Origin: Torpedo marmorata
Lineage: Eukaryota
Reading direction: 5' to 3'
Assembly: GCA_977017645.1 (NCBI GenBank)
Contig: OZ360239.1
Span: 37,758,001-37,822,000 of the forward strand
DNA length: 64,000 nucleotides
This document shows, piece by piece, positions 51,501 to 63,099 of the stretch. A model generated the notes under the pieces. It ran no database searches. It was not told the origin of the DNA and saw only the letters and a program-made list of their open reading frames with translations. Each line of letters opens with the position of its first letter. Position 1 is the first letter of the stretch. A program made the position numbers and the translations under genes.

Positions 51501-53059
51501 ACTGCCCAAATGGTGGTCTAATTGGTGTTGATTCCAATTCTTGTATTATCTCCTTGCTTTTATTTATATTCTATGCCTCATAATAAGGGAGGGCATTCTG
51601 TTTGCCTTTTTAACCATCTTATTGATCCTGGCACATTTAAGGATATGTGGACATTAACCTCAAGGTCCTTTTGTTCTCCACACCACTGATTTTCTCACTT
51701 GCTGCGCTTTCCCAAATGCTTTACCTTGTACTCTCTAAATTAATTTCCATTTGCTACTTTTCTGACTATCTGACTCCTCGATGTCATTCAAAGAGGCATT
51801 TTTTATATCTACAAATCTCATTATTATGCCCCTATATTTAAGTTTAATATCCTTGGATCCACCCTTTTAAAAACCGCATTAATGCTGTTCCCACAGAGTG
51901 CACATCAGCTGAACTAATTAGCTCATGGTTTTAAAATGAGGCACAAATTTAACCTCAGCCCTTAATCCTGTAAACTTGCTGAAGGTGGTGCAACAAACGG
52001 TCTGACTTTCCACAATGGCTGGACTTCGTGCTTCCCACTTCGAAGATTTCGGTTTTGTGGCTGGATTACTCCCAGTGGTAACAGACAAGATTAAGGCAGT
52101 TCCTTCAGCCTAAGGTACTTGAATACTTCACCTCGCTGCTGATTGTATAGCAGCAATAGCTGAAACTGACGGCAGGTTATCTGCCCACGCTTCTGACATG
52201 AGGCATAATGAGAGACAAAAAAGTTCAAATATGCAAATAGAGAGGCACAGGATGCAAAAATGCATATACTTACCAAGTCCCAAATGCATCAAATACAGAA
52301 CAGATCTCCTGGAGTTAAACTACATAAACATCACCTGGGTGAGCTAAAAAACCATAACCGATAATGGAACAGGGAGACTCTCTTCACACACTTGTCTGCA
52401 GCCATGTTCTGAAGTATTTCAGATCTTAGCCAGCATCTACGCCAAGATGCCTTAAGAATGCAAAGAACTTCACATCAGAAACAAAAATTATGCAAACTTC
52501 AACTGTGAACCAGAAGAGCACAAAGAAACATGTTACACCGGTGAAACTGACAGAGATAGAGGCATGAAAAATGTTGAACAAAGATAAGATCTTCCATGCA
52601 CCAATGCAATATTCCAGTCATCCCAACCCTGTACGCACTGATATCAATAAAAACACACAGAAAATGTGCAGTAGCTGTATGATTCAAATGGTTATAAAGG
52701 TACTCAGTTACAGCCAGCATTGCACTAGTGTCAGAATGAGAGACAAGAGAGGTCTGACAATAAAAGATTTGTTGCTGTCATTAGTCTGCAGACATTACGT
52801 AGCAGCCACTAGACCAGCTTCCCCTCTACCTCCAGAGCAGCTGCTACCTTGCAAAAATAACACAAGTTGGCAAACAAATGATGTGGGATAATAGCTACAG
52901 CAATGTGACCCACATTAACATTTGTGACACAAAGCAAATTACTGAAGATACTCAAATCTGAAATACAAATGAGATCATTCTGTAAAAAAGCTCAGTTGAA
53001 AGACCTATGGGCCTTAATCATGCCCACAGAACCACTGCTCTGCATGGCTCAGAGATACC

Positions 53060-53198
53060 TTGATGAAGGGCTCAAGGCCGAAACATTGGTGATGTATCTT
53101 TATCTTTGCTATCTAAAGGACACCGTTTGACCTGCTGAGTTTCTCCAGCATTGTGTTTTTACGTCAACCTCGGTGTCTGCAGACTTTCGTGTTTTACT
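53060..53198 (+). mobile_element. Short Penelope-like terminal repeat with degenerate hammerhead core
   Basis: ttgatgaagggctcaaggccgaaac followed by cctgctgagtttctccagc and tctgcagactttcgtgtttt. Confidence 0.65.
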
Positions 53199-53328
53199 TC
53201 AGCGTGTGTGCGGTCAGAGGCAGAGCGTTGAGAAGCACCAAGTATTCGATGCCGATACTCCAATCCCTTCCACTCCTGCTCTCGTTGTTAAACCCAGAAG
53301 AGGAGAGTGCCGTGGATAGGGTCTGGAT

Positions 53329-53491
53329 CAGTGGCTCTCAACCTTTTTTACCCCCACTCACATACCACCTTATGCAATCCCTTACTAACCACAGAGCACC
53401 TACGGCATAGGATGCCATAGATGCTCTGTAGTTAGTAAAGGATTACTTAAGGTGGTATGTAAGTGGGGGAAAAAAAGGTTGAGAAACACTG
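53329..53491. mobile_element. Palindromic hAT (Charlie-type) MITE, 163 bp
   Basis: TIRs cagtggctctcaacctttttt / aaaaaaggttgagaaacactg; the whole element folds back. Degenerate TSD gtctggat / gtctaaac. Confidence 0.88.
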
Positions 53492-53522
53492 GTCTAAACA
53501 CGTACTGAATTCAGCTGCTTAC

Positions 53523-53742
53523 TGTGGTAAACCACTGTATACACCTGTATATATGTTTGTGGTTGTCTGGACACACCCCTTACTGGCTGTACCTGTGGCT
53601 CCTCCCACAGACCCCTGAATAAAGGCTCCCTCCCCAGTCCAGGACAGATGACCACCAGGAATGTGCATCCATTCCAATGTGAATAAAAGCCTATCAGTTC
53701 CTGCCAAACTTCTAGTCTTTCGGAGTTATTGATGGTGCATCA
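53523..53742 (+). mobile_element. Solo LTR (220 bp) related to the mini Gypsy LTRs
   Basis: TG...CA ends and perfect 5-bp TSD CTTAC (53518-53522 and 53743-53747). Shares TGTGGTAAACCACTGT, CCTGAATAAAGGC, AAAGCCTAT and ATTGAT.G...ATCA with the 24-25 kb LTRs. Confidence 0.92.
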
Positions 53743-54127
53743 CTTACTTTGACACCAGAGAGGCCTGGTGCATGAACACTGACCCTGTCCACTGAAAAAG
53801 GGTCATGAACCCTGTGGACAAAAGGCAAGCATTTAAATTATTTTACATCTTTTCATTGACATTTTAGGATTTTAATGTGCTTAATTCGATTCATTTTTAA
53901 TTTATCAAAACATTTTAATCCATTTGAAGAGGTTTTAAAACAGCACAATTAAAACTGTTAAAAAGGTTTTAACAATGATAAGCAATGAACTTACAAGGAC
54001 AGTTTCTTTCCTACTTTTATCAGACTCTCAAAGGGACCTCTCAAAATATGATGCCCCTGCCCTGTTTAAATGTACTTTTCTCTTATGTCCTGCACTTTGT
54101 CCTGGTAACACTATACACTGCACTACA

Positions 54128-54445
54128 TCTGAATCAGAATTTATTGTCATGAACAAGTCATGAAATTCGGTGTTTTGCGGCAGCATCATAGTGCAATTAA
54201 CATTCATATTAACCATCTAACGACATTAATATAAAAAATTATAAACAATAGTGCACGAAAAGTAAGGCAGTGTCTTTGGTTCATTGATTATTCAGGAATC
54301 TGATGGCAGCGGGGAAGAAGCTGTCCTTGTGCCGTTGAGTGCTCGTCTTTAGGCTCCTGTACCTTTTTCCCGATGGAAGCAGAGTGAAGAGGGCATGGCC
54401 TGGGTGGTGGGGGTCTTTGAGGATAGAGGCTGCTTTTTTAAGACA
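54128..54445 (-). mobile_element. Rex1/Babar 3' fragment
   Basis: Translates CLKKAASILKDPHHPGHALFTLLPSGKRYRSLKTSTQRHKDSFF. Nearly identical to 36625-37025. Confidence 0.9.
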
Positions 54446-56874
54446 CACGATAGGCTGCAGACGCTGTGATAGTAAACACATCGAAATGCTGGAGGAACGC
54501 AGCTGGCCCCCCCACCCACCCCCAGCATCCACAGGACGCTCTGGGCCCGACCCCCCCCTCCCCAAGGAAAAACCAGAAAAGGCAGAAGCAGGACGCACCG
54601 GAAAGTCTCAGAACCCAAACAATGGGGGAGGAATACATATTTGACGTATGTAGCACTATACCCTGCAGTTTTATTTTATTATTGCACTACCTGGTGTCCC
54701 CCAAGTATGGGTTAACTTACCTGGATAACAATTGTAATAAGATTTTTACTGTATCTTGGTACACATGACAATAAACGATTGAATTAAATTCTTGATAATG
54801 CTTGTTGGGTGCAAATATCGACCCTCCACATCCGGCAAATGTGCCAGTGGGTCAGGAGAGTGAATGCGATCTGGCCCATGATTAAGGTGTCAAAGACTTT
54901 TCAGTACTTCTGATGAAGAGTTACTTCTGTTTCTCTCACCACAAGTGCCACCTGACCTTGTGTTGCTGCAGTTAGAGAGGACTTTAAAATTATGCTGCTG
55001 GCAACTTAAAACAATCTTCATATAGTTTTGTGAAAGACCACTGAGTAATTTACATTTAGTCATCACAGCGTTATAATGCAGATGCAAGACATGCAATGCT
55101 GGAGAGGAATTTCATACCCCACAAATGGATTGGATGAGATGATAAAATTTTAAATCATCCATTCTACTCTAAAATCACCCACATCTACTTGTAATGGAAA
55201 TGGGTCAATGGGAACTACCAGCTAACATGCTCCCAAGAGCCAGAGCAATTTGGGAATTTCAGTAATTTGTTGAAGTTGTGCGGCTCACCACTTTCAATTT
55301 TTTAGCACAAGCTAGCTGACTTCTGCAAACATCAGGAAACCCAGCGAGACAACTGCTGGGTCCAGGAGGTGAGTTTCTTCTCATTCACCTGCCATGCTCA
55401 ATTTAACTGCTTCACTCCATCCTCTGGCCTCTAATCCCCCTTTACTCCTACCTCTGCCCAACTCCCTGTCCTAAGCTCCTCTCCTACCACTTCCTTCCTT
55501 GCTGTAGCCTGTCACTGATGTCTGGCACCTCCCCTGTTTGCACCATCTCCCACTATCTGCGCACCACCCCACCCCACCCCCCGCCATCCTAGTTCCTCTC
55601 TTCTGCAAGTGAATCTCAATGTGCTGCTACAGTCATCAACCAATAGCAATATGAATACACTAATTAGATCTTGACATTAAATTGAGTTGGACTTGCAAGA
55701 ACCCCATTTCGTCAGGATTCAAAACCGGCCGAGTTAGTGCACAATGTCTGTCTGTCATGTATCTAACATAGTACTGCTGCTGCCCTCTGATAAAAACATC
55801 ATCACCTTTATTAAGAAGCACCAATTAAGAGACTCACTCCAAAAAAAATCATTTAGCAAATGTTAATGTGTATTTGTTCATAAATTTCCACAGTCACCAT
55901 GACAAGTATTCAAAATCTACAGGAAAGGTCAGCAGAGAATTGGTTACACAATACTGCCTATTTCTATTTTTTGTGATAAGGAGAAGCATATCTTTCCCCA
56001 CATGGTTCTCAGAGTACCTTTCACCAGCAGTGTCAATGAAAAGTTCTCATTGGGCGTATGTCTTCGTGTGTTTTGTGCAGCTAACACAGAGTCAATAAAG
56101 TACATCAGTTGTGGAAACGCAAACACACAAATGAGCTAATTGATTGGCTAGAACAGCAGGCAGAAACTGGGAAAGAAACAAGTATATTTTCCTGTAAAAC
56201 ATATTATTGCTGAATGTTCTATCATTTCATTCTTTCATTTTCAACTTTAAATTAAACCAATTGTTTCAAAATGAGACACACTTCTATCCAGAGAACTTTA
56301 GCCCATTATAAAACTTTTGACATTTCTAAGGATACCCTTAACTAAAGAGTGCATGATTACAGTGATATTTAAACGGCAGATAAACTATAGTGAAGATCTG
56401 CAGCGACTTAGCAAATAATTGCATCAAAAAGATTTACAGGATTCAGAGCTGGATCCTTTGCTAAACTGACAGTTGAAATCCAAGAATCAGTTTTATTTTT
56501 TCATGGAATTTATGTGTCATTGGAAGCGCCACAATTTATTCCCCACCCACAATTGCCTGTGGGGAAAAAGGGCGCAGTCCTTGTTGTAAATGCATTTCAA
56601 TATTGCTTAAAGTAGATCTTAACAGATTGGTTCAACTGAGTAGTTTAGGAGCCCATTTCAGAAGGCAGTTTATCTACATGTCTGTAACCTACATGCCTAT
56701 GATCTGTAATCACATGCACGGTCTACAAGGCAATGCTGGCGAATTTCCTTTCCTAAAAGACATTTTTGAACAAGTTGGGTTTCATGGCATTCCAGTAGAT
56801 CTCAGCACTGGACCAAGTTTCTTATCTTCCAGAATATTCATACCAATTCACCACATACCTTAGTGGGGAGGTGG

Positions 56875-57168
56875 GGAACCACCAGGTTCAGGAACAGCTG
56901 CTACCCCTCCACCATCAGACTCCTCAACAACAAACTCAATCAGGGACTCATTTAAGGACTCTTACTTGTGCACTTCATTTTTTTTTTAAATTCTCTCTTT
57001 ATTGCACAGTTTGTTTACATTCGTTATCTGTTTACAGTTCTTTATTTGTTTACATGTATACGCTGTGTACATTTTTTTTGCACTACCAATAAGTTGTAAT
57101 TCTGCCTCGCCCGCAGAAAAAAGAATCTCAGGGTTGTATGTGATGTCATGTCATAAATCTGAAATCTG
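56875..57168 (+). mobile_element. Rex1/Babar 3' tail
   Basis: Same family as 19870-20150 in the opposite orientation; aaatctgaaatctga tail. Confidence 0.85.
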
Positions 57169-57189
57169 ATGCAGAGGCCACAGGCATTG

Positions 57190-57875
57190 AACATAGAACA
57201 TTAGAGCAAAGTACAGGCCCTTCAGCCCTTGTTATTATGCTGACCTTTATATTCCTACCAAAAAAAAATCTAAACCCTTCCTACCTCGTAACCCTCTATC
57301 TTTTTCTTTCATCCATGTGCCTGTCTAAGAGTCTCTTAAATGCCCCTAATGTTTCAGCCCCCACCAACCATCCCTGGCAATGCATTCCAAGCACCCACAA
57401 CTCTCTGTGTAAAAAACCCTTACCCCCGATGCCTCCCCTAAACTTTCCTCCCTTCACTTTGTAGAGATGTCCCCTGGTGTTTGCTATTCCCGCTCTGGGA
57501 AAAAAGTGCTGGCTGTCCACCTTATCTATGCCTCTCAGAATCTTGTAGACCTTTATTAAGTCTCCTCTCATCCTTCTTCGCTCCAAAGAGAAAAGTCCCA
57601 GCTCTGCTAACCTTGTCTCATGACTTATTTTCCAATCCAAGCAACATCCTGGTAAATCTCCTCTGCACCCTCTCTATAGCTTCCATATCCTTCCTATAAT
57701 GAGGTGACCAGAACTGAACACGTGTGGTCTCACCAGAGATTTGTAGAGTTGCAACATGACCTCTCGACTCTCAAACTCAATCGCCCTATTAATGAAGTCC
57801 AGCATCCCATAGGCCTCCTTAACTATCCTATCAACCTGCACAGCAATCTTGAGAGATGTATGGATTTGGACCCCA
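57190..57875 (-). mobile_element. CR1 LINE 3' fragment
   Basis: Translates RLAELGLFSLERRRMRGDLIKVYKILRGIDKVDSQHFFPRAG. Confidence 0.9.
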
Positions 57876-58910
57876 AAACAGGCACGGATGACAGGCTGTC
57901 ACACATTAGCATGGCATCACGGACTGCAAGGCACTCCTGCACTTAATTCATGCATTCTGAGGCTGGCACAATCGGACGGGATACAAGCTACAGAAGCTCA
58001 AGTTTTAGGTGACATGACAGTCAAGGGTTTTCCTGGCAGCTAGTTTCCATGAACTTTGGGCAGCTGGGAAATAATTTTTGGAGCTCTTCAAGAGATCTGA
58101 TAACTTTCCTTTCATTCTGGTTAAGTTTACTTCTGGCACAAGTCCACAACCATATTTTGTGTCCTTCTTAATTATTACTAAACTTGTCTAAAGTCTGAGG
58201 CCAGAGGAACAACCTTGATAGTTTAATTTGGTCTTTGCCAGCATTGGTCCCCGCAGAGTTGAAGCCAATTTTTTTTCTGAAACTTGTAATTTTAAAAAGT
58301 TGAAGTCTCTCTCTGGGGAGAGTGAGCAAAGGTTTAATATTCCCAGCGTTATACTGCCTGGCCTCCAGCCCTTGCTCAGAATTAAGATTAGTAAGCAATA
58401 GTCTGCCCATATAAGCAATGTTTGCAATAATGTAAACAGAATAGTGGCATGGGAAAATTATCTGCAACTGGAAAACAAGGATTTTAGATTTATTAGTAAT
58501 GATTTTCCCCTTCTGGGTGGAAGCATTCATCCATTTGAAAAATATTCCTTGCCAAATTCCAAACTTCGATAGCTTGTGGAGAAGTGAATTATTTTGATTG
58601 CTGTAGCTATATTTTCCAGTTAAATGTTCATATACAGTAACACTCCAGAGTATCGACCTGATTTATCTACCATTCAATCAGATTGATCAAAAATTTTCAT
58701 ATTTTTTTTAAATTATGGTATATTCCCTCAAGAAACTGATGAAAAAAAAACTTAACTCTGTAGTTTGAGTCATGAGTTTAGTTTTAACTGGAATTAAAAT
58801 TAATGGAACATTAAAGTGACAATAAAATGAAACCCTTGTTCGTGGGACTAAATATGAAATGGAAATCATGTTGAAAAAATAATGACAGAGATGAAAGTTT
58901 CTGCAATGTA

Positions 58911-59778
58911 CCGTATTTGACGGCATATAGAAACCCCCCCCATTTTTAGCATGACATTTCAGGAAAAATTTGTTTTAGTGTATTTACCTTCACAACAGCA
59001 ACGCGTCCTCCTGCCCGCTGCACAGCGAGGCTCAGGCTGCTTCCCCCCCACCGTCCAAACGCTAATTGATTGACAGGCGTGCCGGGACCCTCAGGCGCGC
59101 GAGGGTGGGAGGGAGAGAAGCCAGGACAACGGGCAGGGCCCAGGCCCACTGTCGTGGGGAGCAGACGATCGATCGCTTGCTTTGAGGGCAGCGTTGGGCC
59201 TCGGTGATCAGGCTCCACGCTGAGCCTTTGTTTGACGCGCACGGCCCCACAAACAGATTGAATGAGGCGCAGGGGCGGGTGGCAGTGAGCAAGCGGCCTG
59301 TTGAGCTGAGCTTGACAGGCCGCTCGCTCACTGCCACCCGCCCCTCATTCAATTTGCTCGGGGGTCCGTGCTCGTCGATCAAAGCCTGATCATCGAGGCC
59401 CAGCGCTCCCCTCAAAGCACTGTGGGAGAGAGCGGGTGAGAGAGAGCAAGCGGGCAGGAGCGAGCGGGCGGGAAGGAGGGAGAGAGCGAGCATTCTTACC
59501 GGGGGAAATGAGCGGCGGTGACTCCGGAAAGCACGGGCCACCCAAGGTCCGCGAAGCTGCGGGCCCGCTTCCTGGACAGCCGCAGCACCTCCGCGGGCTC
59601 CTTGAAGTTGGGTGAGTAGTTTGAGCGCTTTCCTCCTGTCGCCATCTTGCGGATGGAAGCCTCCACTCGGTGCCCAAAATGGCGGCACCAAAATGTCACC
59701 TTCGCGTATAAGACCAGGGGTGGTTTTTGAGGCGATTTTTTGGGGAAAAGGGGGGGTCTTATATGCCGTCAAATACAG
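58911..59778. mobile_element. Tc1/mariner-superfamily (Tc2/pogo-like) non-autonomous element with CpG-rich interior
   Basis: TA TSD. TIRs ccgtatttgacggcatata / tatatgccgtcaaatacag, with C-run and G-run subterminal arms. Confidence 0.88.
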
Positions 59779-60344
59779 TAATGCAACTGAAGTTATATTA
59801 TTTTTTATTGTTCAAACATTGACACATAGTCAATTAAATCAATGCCAATATTTGCGTGTCAAGTGAAATGCTGAGAGAAAACAGTGGTCACTGGATTATT
59901 GCCATGTATTCATGGTGACGGATCAAGAATGGCTTGAATTTAGAGTGATCCATCAAATTCTAATTGAAGTTACAAAAACAACAAAGGCAAATATGTGGCA
60001 ACATACAAAAAGCACATTAATAAAATGAGAAACAAGTTGGGTAATAAAAGAAACAGAATCCATCATCTTGGTTTATTATCTTCAAATTAATTAAATTCAA
60101 TTATTTTGTTTTTACATTCATTTAATGTACAATTTGTTTGTGTTTTATTTAATTTTAATTAATTTAGTTTCTATTCATTATTATGGTATCAATCAGTTTA
60201 GTTTGGTAGAAATGTAATACAACCGATAATATACAAACCATGCAATATTTGTGAAGAGTTTTTCAAATCAATGGCCATTATAAGGCGATACGAAAAATAA
60301 ACATTATTGAATTGATAAGAGTTTAAGCTTGTGTCAAAACATTT

Positions 60345-61075
60345 TTTTTAAAATATTTTATTTAAAATTTTTAAATCACAAAATACATAAAATAAAATAT
60401 AAAATTATCAAATTATTTGTGATACATTTTCACCCCCCCCTCCCTCCCTCCCCTCCCCAACCCTCCCAACCCCACTAATCTAATAAAAAATAAAAATATA
60501 AAGTAAAAATAGAAAAAGAAGAAGAAAAAAGAAAGAAAAAGATAGAGTAAGGAGAATGCCAATCTATAAACTAATTCTATTATGGATGTCAAGCATGCCA
60601 GTAGATCCGATATCCAGAGATCTTCAAATCCTTAAACCAACAGCTTTCATATATGGGCTCCAAATTTTTAAGAAGAAATGATATTTATTACGTAAATTAT
60701 AAGTAATTTTTTCAAGTGGTATACACGAACGAAGTTCTGCATGCCATCTTTCTAATCCTAAATCTAAATCAGATTTCCAAGTAATAGCAATGCATTTCTT
60801 TGAAACAGCTAAAGCAATTCGCAAAAATTCTATTTGATACATATTTAATTTCATCTTAATACTAAATCTTCTAATATCTCCAATCAAAAATATCATAGGA
60901 TCCATTGGAAATGTAATCTTAAATACTTTATCTAAAAAATTTTTAACTTTCAACCAAAAATCATAAACTTTTGGACAAAACCATGTAGAATGTACAAAAG
61001 ACCCTTCCTCTTTATTACATCTAAAACATAAACCTGATAGTGTTGGATTAAATTTCTTTAATTTAACATTTTTAT
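60345..61075 (-). mobile_element. L1/Tx1 LINE 3' end (CCHC zinc knuckle and 3' UTR), 5'-truncated
   Basis: Translates CFRCNKEEGSFVHSTWFCPKVYDFW...IAITWK...LEKITYNLR...KIWSPY, followed by a G-rich then AT-rich tail. Confidence 0.9.
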
Positions 61076-61295
61076 ACATGTTGTTCTTTCCACTAGCTGT
61101 GTACCTAGACCAGAGGTTATTAACGCAAGTCCTTGAGGGATCTACAAAACCTACAGGTTTTTTTTCCCAACCAGCAAATAATTGTTTTTGATAAAATCTA
61201 TTTGTTTGCATTCTCACTCACTAAAGCCATACAAGAATTAGAGCATTTACCATGAGGGTGCTAATAATGTGCATAGCAAAGCTAACTACGGTGGT

Positions 61296-61500
61296 GAACA
61301 TGAAGCCTGCAGGTGCTGCAAAACTGGGTCAACACACAGTGCTGGGGGAACTCAACGGGTCAGGCACCATCCGGGGAAAGCAACAGGTGACGTTTCGGGC
61401 TCCATGATGAAGGGTTTTCGGCCCAAAACGTTGACTATTGCTTTCCACGGATGCTGCACGACCTGCTGTGTTCCAACAGCACTTCTGTGTGTTGATCACT
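61296..61500. mobile_element. Palindromic Penelope-derived element with central hammerhead-like core
   Basis: Arms tcaacacacagtgctgggggaac / gttccaacagcacttctgtgtgttga around gacgtttcgggc...tgatgaagggttttcggcccaaaacgt. Confidence 0.7.
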
Positions 61501-61772
61501 ATTATGGTTACTTCATTTATAAACTTGAACCACAAAATGTCACTATGGACCAAAGTGTGTCTGACATAGGAAATTGTCCGTGCAGCACTCAGGAAAATGA
61601 TGTTGTGCAGAGGCCAATCAAGCCAATGCTCCAATTTTATTCACACTTCTGAGTAAATTACTGGGTGTGGTTAATAAGGTGTGGACTTTTCAAAACAAAA
61701 CAAAATTCACTTGTGCCAAGCATGTTTTCTGGTGATTAGATTATTCAAACAGCATTAACTCTTGCCCAGAAT

Positions 61773-61890
61773 TAAAGGTAAAGGTTCCATTATTGTCAAG
61801 TAATACTACATTTAGAATGTAACATACATGAAATTCTTTAATTTTTGTCTACCGTAAGGCAGACAGAGGGTCGCTACTTTGTCCAGCGCC
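61773..61890 (-). repeat. LINE-type 3' tail (same family as 471-554)
   Basis: Direct sequence match; (cctttac)-like terminal repeats. Confidence 0.75.
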
Positions 61891-63099
61891 GCATCTGGCA
61901 GAACTTTTAACCACAATGGTCTAAAATCGTGGTGCTGTTCTCTCACAGAAGAACCTGCATTTGATAATGCTGAAGGTTCAATCTGAACGTTAATTAAAGT
62001 TTCAGGCACATCTTTTCAGCAGTTGATGAGAGAGCTTCCAAAGAGCTTCAAGTAGAGTGATCCAAGCTAGGATCCCAGTCACAGAAGTCTCAGCTGTTTT
62101 CAGCAGGTTCCCTCTCAAAAGCAAGTGTCCAAAAATGCCAGGGGAAAGAAATCCAGCAAAAAGAATAAAGGGTTCGATGGTCATCAGAACAGAAAAGGAG
62201 TAAAAACTGGAGAAAGGCATCTGATAAAATACTGGCATTCATCAAAGGATGTTGCCAAGAAGGTGTCTGTCAGAGGTAGAGAGTCTTGTGTGAATGCCCG
62301 TGCTTTGAGAATCCTGCACTGCAGCCAAGTGCCCCCTTTGGGTTTGAATGCACAAGTCACATTCAACAGAGCGAGAGAGGTTTCACGTTTTGCCAGTTTA
62401 TCTTGACTTCTGCAATGTGGCTGCGAGCAAAAAAATGCCAGATGTGGCATTTCTCAGCAGAGAAGCCTGCAAAGTTTCCTGGGCAAGGCTTCCAAGACTG
62501 AGGGTGACTTTGAATTTAAAGAGCAGTGAAGGCGTGTGTTTGTTCGCTGTTGTGGTCTGCTAGCTATTTCCTGACAGAGCTGTGTGGAATGGTGGCACAA
62601 ACTCCTGCTATCCCTGAAACGGTTATAATTTCTTCTTGGAACTTTTATTTTTAAATCTGCTTTGGGGAATATTACTAATGCAGTTTCATTACAAAAAGAG
62701 AATGTCAGAAGTAAATGTCTAGGTCTCCATATCTTAAATAAAGAACAATACCTGAAAGTTTCACTCACTGCCCGAGGGCAGACAACCTTTGGCATCTTTG
62801 GAGAAAGGTTCAAATTTCCCCGTCACACCTTTCACCCATTCCCCTTCTCCGCTTGCTGCCAGACTTAATTAGCCTTTAACACAAAGCAACAGGTGGGACT
62901 CTCTGGGTGCCCAGTATCCATTAAAATAGGCTCAAGCAGAATCCAAGAATGTTACATTAATGACTTTTCCCATTTCTGACCTGGAATACAAATATTGGTT
63001 TGAGCAACACAATTAAAGAAAATTGTGATAAATATTCAGATGATCAAGAAGAATCTATGGAGAAAAAAAATTCCAAGCTAATATTGGGCGCGGCATACA

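Noticed and set aside
59062-59772. 236-aa minus-strand ORF
   Set aside because: Contained in a GC-rich MITE, low complexity, with no transposase (DDE/HTH) motif.
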